From positions 20,770,001 through 20,834,000 of the forward strand of contig OZ024744.1 in assembly GCA_964016885.1 (NCBI GenBank): DNA of 64,000 bases, read 5' to 3'. The number at the start of each line of letters is the position of its first letter. Positions within the stretch are counted from its first letter, which is position 1. This DNA is from Eledone cirrhosa. Its lineage: Eukaryota. The notes beneath the pieces were generated by a model. It made no database searches, was not told where the DNA came from, and saw only the letters and a program-made list of their open reading frames with translations. The position numbers were made by a program, and so were the translations under genes. Shown here piece after piece: positions 1-12,779 of this stretch.

Positions 1-3000
1 ATCTTAAGATAAAACTCGTTTTAACAACAGTTGAATCTTATGAGCTAACTCATTTTAACAACAGTTGAATCTTAAGTTAAGACTCGTTTTAACAACAGTT
101 GAATCTTAAGAACTGAATCGTTTTAACAACAGCTGAATCTTAAGATAAAACTCGTTTTAACAACAGTTGAATCTTAAGAACTGACTCGTTTTAACAACAG
201 CTGAATCTTAAGATAAAACTCGTTTTAACAACAGTTGAATCTTAAGATAAAACTCGTTTTAACAACAGTTGAATCTTAAGATAAAACTCGTTTTAACAAC
301 AGTTGAATCTTATGAGCTAACTCATTTTAACAACAGTTGAATCGTAAGTTAAGACTCGTTTTAACAACTGTTGAATCTTAAGAACTGACTCGTTTTAACG
401 ACAGCTGAATCTTATGACAAAACCCGTTTTAACAACAGTTGAATCTTAAGAACTGTCTCGTTTTAACAACAGTTGAATCTTAAAGATAAACCTCGTTTTA
501 ACAACAGTTTAATCTTAAGAACTGACTCGTTTTAACAACAGTTGAATCTTAAGAACTGACTTGTTCTAACAACAGTTCAGCCTTAAGAACTGACTCGTTT
601 TAAAACAGTTGAATCGTTAGAACTGACTCGTTTTAACAACAGTTGAATCTTAAAAGAAAACTCGTTTTAACAATAGTTGAATCTGAAGAACTGACTCGTT
701 TTAGCAACAGTTGAATCTTAAGATAACACTCGTTTTCATAACAGTTGAATCTTAAGAACTGTCTCGTTTAACAACAGTTGAATTTTAAGATAAACCTAGT
801 TTTGACAACAGTTGAATCTTAAGAACTGACTCGTTTTAACAACAGTTAAATCTTAATAACTGACTCGTTTTAACAACAGTTGAATGTTAAGATAAAACTC
901 GTTTTGACAATAGTTGAATCTTAAGAACTGACTCGTTTTAACAACAGTTGAATCTTAAGATAAAACTCGTTTTAACAACTGTTGAATCTTAAGAACTGAC
1001 TCGTTTTAACAACAGCTGAATCTTAAGATAAAACTCGTTTTAACAACAGTTCAAACTTAAGAAATGACTCGTTTTAACAAAAGTTGAATCTTATGAACTC
1101 ACTCGTTTTAACAACAGTTGAATCTTAAGAACTGATTCGTTTTAACAACAGCTGAATCTTAAGATAAAACTCGTTTTAACAACAGTTCAAACTTAAGAAA
1201 TGACTCGTTTTAACAAAAGTTGAATCTTATGAACTCACTCGTTTTAACAACAGTTGAATCTTAAGAACGGACTCGTTTTAACAACACCTGAATCTTAAGA
1301 TAAAACTCGTTTTAACAACAGTTGAATCTTAAGAACTGATTCGTTTTAACAATAGTTCAAACTTAAGAACTGACTCGTTTTAACAACAGTTGAATCTTAT
1401 GAACTGACTCATTTTAACAACAGTTGAATCTTAAGATAACATTCGTTTTAACAACAGTTGAATCTTAAGAACTGACTCGTTTTAACAACAGTTGAATCTT
1501 AAAGATAAAACTCGTTTCGACAACAGTTGAATCTAAAGAACTGACTCGTTTTAACGACAGCTGAATCTTAAGATAAAACTCGTTTTAACAACAGTTGAAT
1601 CTTAAGATAAAACTCGTTTTAACAACAGTTGAATCTTAAGAACTGACTCGTTTTAACGACAGCTGAATCTTAAGATAAAACTCGTTTTAACAACAGTTCA
1701 AACTTAATAAATGACTCGTTTTAACAACAGTTGAATCTTCTGAACTGACTCATTTTAACAACAGTTGAATCTTAAGAACTGATTCGTTTTAACAACAGCT
1801 GAATCTTAAGATAAAACTCGTTTTAACAACAGTTGAATCTTAAGAACTGACTCGTTTTAACAACAGCTGAATCTTAAGATAAAACTCGTTTTAACAACAG
1901 TTGAATCTTAAGAACTGACTCGTTTTAACAACAGCTGAATCTTAAGATAAAACTCGTTTTAACAACAGTTGAATCTTAAGATAAAACTCGTTTTAACAAC
2001 AGTTGAATCTTAAGAACTGACTCTTTTTAAGAACAGTTGAATCTTAAGATAAAACTTGTTTTAACAACAGTTGAATCTTAAGAGCTAACTCATTTTAACA
2101 ACAGTTGAATCTTAAGTTAAGACTCGTTTTAACAACAGTTGAATCTTAAGAACTGACTCGTTTTAACAACAGCTGAATCTTAAGATAAAACTCGTTTTAA
2201 CAACAGTTGAATCTTAAGAACTGACTCGTTTTAACAACAGCTGAATCTTAAGATAAAACTCGTTTTAACAACAGTTGAATCTTAAGATAAAACTCGTTTT
2301 AACAACAGTTGAATCTTAAGTACTGACTCGTTTTAACAACAGTTGAATCTTAAGATAAAACTCGTTTTAACAACAGTTGAATCTTATGAGCTAACTCATT
2401 TTAACAACAGTTGAATCTTAAGTTAAGACTCGTTTTAACAACAGTTGAATCTTAAGAACTGACTCGTTTTAACGACAGCTGAATCTTAAGACAAAACCCG
2501 TTTTAACAACAGTTGAATCTTAAGAACTGTCTCGTTTTAACAACAGTTGAATCTTAAGATAAACCTCGTTTTAACAACAGTTTAATCTTAAGAACTGACT
2601 CGTTTTAACAACAGTTGAATCTTAAGACAAAACTCGTTTTAACAACAGTTGAATCTTAAGAACTGACTTGTTCTAACAACAGTTCAGCCTTAAGAACTGA
2701 CTCGTTTTAAAACAGTTGAATCGTTAGAACTGACTCGTTTTAACAACAGTTGAATCTTAAAATAAAACTCGTTTTAACAATAGTTGAATCTCAAGAACTG
2801 ACTCGTTTTAGCAACACTTGAATTTTAAGATAACACTCGTTTTCATAACAGTTGAATCTTAAGAACTGTCTCGTTTTAACAACAGTTGAATTTTAAGATA
2901 AACCTCGTTTTAACAACAGCTGAATCTTAAGATAAAACTCGTTTTAACAACAGTTCAAACTTAAGAAATGACTCGTTTTAACAAAAGTTGAATCTTATGA

Positions 3001-5419
3001 ACTCACTCATTTTAACAACAGTTGAATCTTAAGATAACATTCGTTTTAACAACAGTTGAATCTTAAGAACTGATTCGTTTTAACAACAGTTGAATCTTAA
3101 GATAAAACTCGTTTTAACAACAGTTGAATCTTAAGAACGGACTCGTTTTAACAACACCTGAATCTTAAGCTAAAAATCGTTTTAACAACAGTTGAATCTT
3201 AAGAACTGATTCGTTTTAACAACAGTTCAAACTTAAGATAAAACTCGTTTTAACAACAGCTGAATCTTCAGACAAAACTCGTTTTAACAACAGTTCAAAC
3301 TTAAGAAATGACTCGTTTTCACAACAGTTGAATCTTATGAACTGACTCATTTTAACAACAGTTGAATCTTAAGAACTGATTCGTTTTAACAACAGTTGAA
3401 TCTTAAGATAAAACTCGTTTTAACAACAGTTGAATCTTAAGATAAAACTCGTTTTAACAACAGTTGAATCTTAAGAACTGACTCGTTTTAACAACAGTTG
3501 AATCTTAAGATAAAACTCGTTTTAACAACAGTTGAATCTTATGAGCTAACTCATTTTAACAACAGTTGAATCTTAAGTTAAGACTCGTTTTAACAACAGT
3601 TGAATCTTAAGAACTGACTCGTTTTAACAACAGCTGAATCTTAATATAAAACTCGTTTTAACAACAGTTGAATATTAAGAACTTACTCGTTTTAACAACA
3701 GCTGAATCTTAAGATAAAACTCGTTTTAACAACAGTTGAATCTTAAGATAAAACTCGTTTTAACAACAGTTGAATCTTAAGTACTGACTTGTTTTAACAA
3801 CAGTTGAATCTTAAGATAAAACTCGTTTTAACAACAGTTGAATCTTAAGATAAAACTCGTTTTAACAACAGTTGAATCTTATGAAGTAACTCATTTTAAC
3901 AACAGTTGAATCCTAAGTTAAGACTCGTTTTAACAACAGTTGAATCTTTAAATAAAACACGTTTTAACAACAGTTGAATCTTAAGAACTGACTCGTTTTA
4001 ACAACAGTTGAATCTTAAGATAAAACTCGTTTTAACAACAGTTGAATCTTATGAGCTAACTCATTTTAACAACAGTTGAATCTTAAGTTAAGACTCGTTT
4101 TAACAACAGTTGAATCTTAAGAACTGACTCGTTTTAACGACAGCTGAATCTTAAGACAAAACCCGTTTTAACAACAGTTGAATCTTAAGAACTGTCTCGT
4201 TTTAACAACAGTTGAATCTTAAGATAAACCTCGTTTTAACAACAGTTTAATCTTAAGAACTGACTCGTTTTAACAACAGTTGAATCTTAAAATAAAACTC
4301 GTTTTAACAATAGTTGAATCTCAAGAACTGACTCGTTTTAGCAACAGTTGAATCTTAAGATAACACTCGTTTTCATAACAGTTGAATCTTAAGAACTGTC
4401 TCGTTTTAACAACAGTTGAATTTTAAGATAAACCTCGTTTTGACAACAGTTGAATCTTAAGAACTGAGTCGTTTTAACAACAGTTAAATCTTAATAACTG
4501 ACTCGTTTTAACAACAGCTGAATCTTAAGATAAAACTCGTTTTAACAACAGTTGAATCTTAAGAACTGACTCGTTTTAACAACAGCTGAATCTTAAGATA
4601 AAACTCGTTTTAACAACAGTTCAAACTTAAGAAATGACTCGTTTTAACAAAAGTTGAATCTTATGAACTCACTCATTTTAACACAGTTGAATCTTAAGAT
4701 AACATTCGGTTTAACAACAGTTGAATCTTAAGAACTGATTCGTTTTAACAACAGTTGAATCTTAAGATAAAACTCGTTTTAACAACACTTGAATCTTAAG
4801 AACGGACTCGTTTTAACAACACCTGAATCTTAAGATAAAACTCGTTTTAACAACAGTTGAATCTTAAGAACTGATTCGTTTTAACAACAGTTCAAACTTA
4901 AGAACTGACTCGTTTTAACAACAGTTGAATCTTATGAACTGACTCATTTTAACAACAGTTGAATCTTAAGATAACATTCGTTTTAACAACAGTTGAATCT
5001 TAAGAACTGACTCGTTTTAACAACAGCTGAATCTTAAGATAAAACTCGTTTTAACAACAGTTGAATCTTAAGATAAAACTCGTTTTAACAACAGTTGAAT
5101 CTTAAGAACTGACTCGTTTTAACGACAGCTGAATCTTAAGATAAAACTCGTTTAAACAACAGTTCAAACTTAAGAAATGACTCGTTTTAACAACAGTTGA
5201 ATCTTATGAACTGACTCATTTTAACAACAGTTGAATCTTAAGAACTGATTCGTTTTAACAACAGCTGAATCTTAAGATATAACTCGTTTTAACAACAGTT
5301 GAATCTTAAGAACTGACTCGTTTTAACAACAGCTGAATCTTAAGATAAAACTCGTTTTAACAACAGTTGAATCTTAAGATAAAACTCGTTTTAACAACAG
5401 TTGAATCTTATGAGCTAAT

Positions 5420-8400
5420 TCATTTTAACAACAGTTGAATCTTAAGTTAAGACTCGTTTTAACAACAGTTGAATCTTAAGAACTGAATCGTTTTAACAAC
5501 AGCTGAATCTTAAGATAAAACTCGTTTTAACAACAGTTGAATCTTAAGAACTGACTCGTTTTAACAACAGCTGAATCTTAAGATAAAACTAGTTTTAACA
5601 ACAGTTGAATCTTAAGATAAAACTCGTTTTAACAACAGTTGAATCTTAAGTACTGACTCGTTTTAACAACAGTTGAATCTTAAGATAAAACTCGTTTTAA
5701 CAACAGTTGAATCTTATGAGCTAACTCATTTTAACAACAGTTGAATCGTAAGTTAAGACTCGTTTTAACAACAGTTGAATCTTAAGAACTGACTCGTTTT
5801 AACGACAGCTGAATCTTAAGACAAAACCCGTTTTAACAACAGTTGAATCTTAAGAACTGTCTCGTTTTAACAACAGTTGAATCTTAAAGATAAACCTCGT
5901 TTTAACAACAGTTTAATCTTAAGAACTGACTCGTTTTAACAACAGTTGAATCTTAAGAACTGACTTGTTCTAACAACAGTTCAGCCTTAAGAACTGACTC
6001 GTTTTAAAACAGTTGAATCGTTAGAACTGACTCGTTTTAACAACAGTTGAATCTTAAAATAAAACTCGTTTTAACAATAGTTGAATCTGAAGAACTGACT
6101 CGTTTTAGCAACAGTTGAATCTTAAGATAACCCTCGTTTTCATAACAGTTGAATCTTAAGAACTGTCTCGTTTAACAACAGTTGAATTTTAAGATAAACC
6201 TAGTTTTGACAACAGTTGAATCTTAATAACTGACTCGTTTTAACAATAGTTGAATGTTAAGATAAAACTCGTTTTAACAATAGTTGAATCTTAAGAACTG
6301 ACTCGTTTTAACAACAGTTGAATCTTAAGATAAAACTCGTTTTAACAACTGTTGAATCTTAAGAACTGACTCGTTTTAACAACAGCTGAATCTTAAGATA
6401 AAACTCGTTTTAACAACAGTTCATACTTAAGAAATGACTCGTTTTAACAAAAGTTGAATCTTATGAACTCACTCGTTTTAACAACACTTGAATCTTAAGA
6501 ACGGACTCGTTTTAACAACACCTGAATCTTAAGATAAAACTCGTTTTAACAACAGTTGAATCTTAAGAACTGATTCGTTTTAACAACAGTTCAAACTTAA
6601 GAACTGACTCGTTTTAACAACAGTTGAATCTTATGAACTGACTCATTTTAACAACAGTTGAATCTTAAGATAACATTCGTTTTAACAACAGTTGAATCTT
6701 AAGAACTGACTCGTTTTAACAACAGTTGAATCTTAAAGATAAAACTCGTTTCGACAACAGTTGAATCTTAAGAACTGACTAGTTTTAACAACAGCTGAAT
6801 CTTAAGATAAAACTCGTTTTAACAACAGTTGAATCTTAAGAACTGACTCGTTTTAACAACAGCTGAATCTTAAGATAAAACTCGTTTTAACAACAGTTGA
6901 ATCTTAAGATAAAACTCGTTTTAACAACAGTTGAATCTTAAGTACTGACTCGTTTTAACAACAGTTGAATCTTAAGATAAAACTCGTTTTAACAACAGTT
7001 GAATCTTAAGAACTGACTCGTTTTAACGACAGCTGAATCTTAAGATAAAACTCGTTTTAACAACAGTTCAAACTTAAGAAATGACTCGTTTTAACAACAG
7101 TTGAATCTTATGAACTGACTCATTTTAACAACAGTTGAATCTTAAGAACTGATTCGTTTTAACAACAGCTGAATCTTAAGATAAAACTCGTTTTAACAAC
7201 AGTTGAATCTTAAGAACTGACTCGTTTTAACAACAGCTGAATCTTAAGATAAAACTCGTTTTAACAACAGTTGAATCTTAAGAACTGACTCGTTTTAACA
7301 ACAGCTGAATCTTAAGATAAAACTCGTTTTAACAACAGTTGAATCTTAAGATAAAACTCGTTTTAACAACAGTTGAATCTTAAGAACTGACTCTTTTTAA
7401 GAACAGTTGAATCTGAAGATAAAACTCGTTTTAACAACAGTTGAATCTTATGAGCTAACTCATTTTAACAACAGTTGAATCTTAAGTTAAGACTCGTTTT
7501 AACAACAGTTGAATCTTAAGAACTGACTCGTTTTAACAACAGCTGAATCTTAAGATAAAACTCGTTTTAACAACAGTTGAATCTTAAGAACTGACTCGTT
7601 TTAACAACAGCTGAATCTTAAGATAAAACTCGTTTTAACAACAGTTGAATCTTAAGATAAAACTCGTTTTAACAACAGTTGAATCTTAAGAACTGACTCT
7701 TTTTAAGAACAGTTGAATCTGAAGATAAAACTCGTTTTAACAACAGTTGAATCTTATGAGCTAACTCATTTTAACAACAGTTGAATGTTAAGATAAAACT
7801 CGTTTTAACAATAGTTGAATCTTAAGAACTGACTCGTTTTAACAACAGTTGAATCTTAAGATAAAACTCGTTTTAACAACTGTTGAATCTTAAGAACTGA
7901 CTCGTTTTAACAACAGCTGAATCTTTAGATAAAACTCGTTTTAACAACAGTTCAAACTTAAGAAATGACTCGTTTTAACAAAAGTTGAATCTTATGAACT
8001 CACTCGTTTTAACAACACTTGAATCTTAAGAACGGACTCGTTTTAACAACACCTGAATCTTAAGATAAAACTCGTTTTAACAACAGTTGAATCTTAAGAA
8101 CTGATTCGTTTTAACAACAGTTCAAACTTAAGAACTGACTCGTTTTAACAACAGTTGAATCTTATGAACTGACTCATTTTAACAACAGTTGAATCTTAAG
8201 ATAACATTCGTTTTAATAACAGTTGAATCTTAAGAACTGACTCGTTTTAACAACAGTTGAATCTTAAAGATAAAACTCGTTTCGACAACAGTTGAATCTT
8301 AAGAACTGACTCGTTTTAACGACAGCTGAATCTTAAGATAAAACTCGTTTTAACAACAGTTGAATCTTAAGATAAAACTCGTTTTAACAACAGTTGAATC

Positions 8401-11400
8401 TTAAGAACTGACTCGTTTTAACGACAGCTGAATCTTAAGATAAAACTCGTTTTAACAACAGTTCAAACTTAAGAAATGACTCGTTTTAACAACAGTTGAA
8501 TCTTATGAACTGACTCATTTTAACAACAGTTGAATCTTAAGAACTGATTCGTTTTAACAACAGCTGAATCTTAAGATAAAACTCGTTTTAACAACAGTTG
8601 AATCTTAAGAACTGACTCGTTTTAACAACAGCTGAATCTTAAGATAAAACTCGTTTTAACAACAGTTGAATCTTAAGAACTGACTCGTTTTAACAACAGC
8701 TGAATCTTAAGATAAAACTCGTTTTAACAACAGTTGAATCTTAAGAACTGACTCTTTTTAAGAACAGTTGAATCTGAAGATAAAACTCGTTTTAACAACA
8801 GTTGAATCTTATGAGCTAACTCATTTTAACAACAGTTGAATCTTAAGTTAAGACTCGTTTTAACAACAGTTGAATCTTAAGAACTGAATCGTTTTAACAA
8901 CAGCTGAATCTTAAGATAAAACTCGTTTTAACAACAGTTGAATCTTAAGAACTGACTCGTTTTAACAACAGCTGAATCTTAAGATAAAACTAGTTTTAAC
9001 AACAGTTGAATCTTAAGATAAAACTCGTTTTAACAACAGTTGAATCTTAAGTACTGACTCGTTTTAACAACAGTTGAATCTTAAGATAAAACTCGTTTTA
9101 ACAACAGTTGAATCTTATGAGCTAACTCATTTTAACAACAGTTGAATCGTAAGTTAAGACTCGTTTTAACAACAGTTGAATCTTAAGAACTGACTCGTTT
9201 TAACGACAGCTGAATCTTAAGACAAAACCCGTTTTAACAACAGTTGAATCTTAAGAACTGTCTCGTTTTAACAACAGTTGAATCTTAAAGATAAACCTCG
9301 TTTTAACAACAGTTTAATCTTAAGAACTGACTCGTTTTAACAACAGTTGAATCTTAAGAACTGACTTGTTCTAACAACAGTTCAGCCTTAAGAACTGACT
9401 CGTTTTAAAACAGTTGAATCGTTAGAACTGACTCGTTTTAACAACAGTTGAATCTTAAAATAAAACTCGTTTTAACAATAGTTGAATCTGAAGAACTGAC
9501 TCGTTTTAGCAACAGTTGAATCTTAAGATAACCCTCGTTTTCATAACAGTTGAATCTTAAGAACTGTCTCGTTTAACAACAGTTGAATTTTAAGATAAAC
9601 CTAGTTTTGACAACAGTTGAATCTTAATAACTGACTCGTTTTAACAATAGTTGAATGTTAAGATAAAACTCGTTTTAACAATAGTTGAATCTTAAGAACT
9701 GACTCGTTTTAACAACAGTTGAATCTTAAGATAAAACTCGTTTTAACAACTGTTGAATCTTAAGAACTGACTCGTTTTAACAACAGCTGAATCTTAAGAT
9801 AAAACTCGTTTTAACAACAGTTCATACTTAAGAAATGACTCGTTTTAACAAAAGTTGAATCTTATGAACTCACTCGTTTTAACAACACTTGAATCTTAAG
9901 AACGGACTCGTTTTAACAACACCTGAATCTTAAGATAAAACTCGTTTTAACAACAGTTGAATCTTAAGAACTGATTCGTTTTAACAACAGTTCAAACTTA
10001 AGAACTGACTCGTTTTAACAACAGTTGAATCTTATGAACTGACTCATTTTAACAACAGTTGAATCTTAAGATAACATTCGTTTTAACAACAGTTGAATCT
10101 TAAGAACTGACTCGTTTTAACAACAGTTGAATCTTAAAGATAAAACTCGTTTCGACAACAGTTGAATCTTAAGAACTGACTAGTTTTAACAACAGCTGAA
10201 TCTTAAGATAAAACTCGTTTTAACAACAGTTGAATCTTAAGAACTGACTCGTTTTAACAACAGCTGAATCTTAAGATAAAACTCGTTTTAACAACAGTTG
10301 AATCTTAAGATAAAACTCGTTTTAACAACAGTTGAATCTTAAGTACTGACTCGTTTTAACAACAGTTGAATCTTAAGATAAAACTCGTTTTAACAACAGT
10401 TGAATCTTAAGAACTGACTCGTTTTAACGACAGCTGAATCTTAAGATAAAACTCGTTTTAACAACAGTTCAAACTTAAGAAATGACTCGTTTTAACAACA
10501 GTTGAATCTTATGAACTGACTCATTTTAACAACAGTTGAATCTTAAGAACTGATTCGTTTTAACAACAGCTGAATCTTAAGATAAAACTCGTTTTAACAA
10601 CAGTTGAATCTTAAGAACTGACTCGTTTTAACAACAGCTGAATCTTAAGATAAAACTCGTTTTAACAACAGTTGAATCTTAAGAACTGACTCGTTTTAAC
10701 AACAGCTGAATCTTAAGATAAAACTCGTTTTAACAACAGTTGAATCTTAAGATAAAACTCGTTTTAACAACAGTTGAATCTTAAGAACTGACTCTTTTTA
10801 AGAACAGTTGAATCTGAAGATAAAACTCGTTTTAACAACAGTTGAATCTTATGAGCTAACTCATTTTAACAACAGTTGAATCTTAAGTTAAGACTCGTTT
10901 TAACAACAGTTGAATCTTAAGAACTGACTCGTTTTAACAACAGCTGAATCTTAAGATAAAACTCGTTTTAACAACAGTTGAATCTTAAGAACTGACTCGT
11001 TTTAACAACAGCTGAATCTTAAGATAAAACTCGTTTTAACAACAGTTGAATCTTAAGATAAAACTCGTTTTAACAACAGTTGAATCTTAAGAACTGACTC
11101 TTTTTAAGAACAGTTGAATCTGAAGATAAAACTCGTTTTAACAACAGTTGAATCTTATGAGCTAACTCATTTTAACAACAGTTGAATGTTAAGATAAAAC
11201 TCGTTTTAACAATAGTTGAATCTTAAGAACTGACTCGTTTTAACAACAGTTGAATCTTAAGATAAAACTCGTTTTAACAACTGTTGAATCTTAAGAACTG
11301 ACTCGTTTTAACAACAGCTGAATCTTAAGATAAAACTCGTTTTAACAACAGTTCAAACTTAAGAAATGACTCGTTTTAACAAAAGTTGAATCTTATGAAC

Positions 11401-12285
11401 TCACTCGTTTTAACAACACTTGAATCTTAAGAACGGACTCGTTTTAACAACACCTGAATCTTAAGATAAAACTCGTTTTAACAACAGTTGAATCTTAAGA
11501 ACTGATTCGTTTTAACAACAGTTCAAACTTAAGAACTGACTCGTTTTAACAACAGTTGAATCTTATGAACTGACTCATTTTAACAACAGTTGAATCTTAA
11601 GATAACATTCGTTTTAATAACAGTTGAATCTTAAGAACTGACTCGTTTTAACAACAGTTGAATCTTAAAGATAAAACTCGTTTCGACAACAGTTGAATCT
11701 TAAGAACTGACTCGTTTTAACGACAGCTGAATCTTAAGATAAAACTCGTTTTAACAACAGTTGAATCTTAAGATAAAACTCGTTTTAACAACAGTTGAAT
11801 CTTAAGAACTGACTCGTTTTAACGACAGCTGAATCTTAAGATAAAACTCGTTTTAACAACAGTTCAAACTTAAGAAATGACTCGTTTTAACAACAGTTGA
11901 ATCTTATGAACTGACTCATTTTAACAACAGTTGAATCTTAAGAACTGATTCGTTTTAACAACAGCTGAATCTTAAGATAAAACTCGTTTTAACAACAGTT
12001 GAATCTTAAGAACTGACTCGTTTTAACAACAGCTGAATCTTAAGATAAAACTCGTTTTAACAACAGTTGAATCTTAAGAACTGACTCGTTTTAACAACAG
12101 CTGAATCTTAAGATAAAACTCGTTTTAACAACAGTTGAATCTTAAGAACTGACTCTTTTTAAGAACAGTTGAATCTGAAGATAAAACTCGTTTTAACAAC
12201 AGTTGAATCTTATGAGCTAACTCATTTTAACAACAGTTGAATCTTAAGTTAAGACTCGTTTTAACAACAGTTGAATCTTAAGAAC
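5420..12285. repeat. Near-identical tandem duplication of a 3,401-bp (100-monomer) block
   Basis: Rare variants repeat at a constant 3,401-bp offset: AACTGAATCG 5481/8882, TTGAATCGTAAG 5741/9142, TCATACTTAA 6421/9822, TTTTAATAAC 8211/11612. Confidence 0.9.
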
Positions 12286-12779
12286 TGACTCGTTTTAACA
12301 ACAGCTGAATCTTAAGATAAAACTCGTTTTAACAACAGTTGAATCTTAAGAACTGACTCGTTTTAACAACAGCTGAATCTTAAGATAAAACTCGTTTTAA
12401 CAACAGTTGAATCTTAAGATAAAACTCGTTTTAACAACAGTTGAATCTTAAGTACTGACTCGTTTTAACAACAGTTGAATCTTAAGATAAAACTCGTTTT
12501 AACAACAGTTGAATCTTATGAGCTAACTCATTTTAACAACAGTTGAATCTTAAGTTAAGACTCGTTTTAACAACAGTTGAATCTTAAGAACTGACTCGTT
12601 TTAACGACAGCTGAATCTTAAGACAAAACCCGTTTTAACAACAGTTGAATCTTAAGAACTGTCTCGTTTTAACAACAGTTGAATCTTAAGATAAACCTCG
12701 TTTTAACAACAGTTTAATCTTAAGAACTGACTCGTTTTAACAACAGTTGAATCTTAAGACAAAACTCGTTTTAACAACA

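Noticed and set aside
1-34. loxP/FRT-like 34-bp recombinase site or integron attC array
   Set aside because: The length matches, but there is no 13-8-13 inverted-arm architecture, no cassette content and no recombinase gene in the window.
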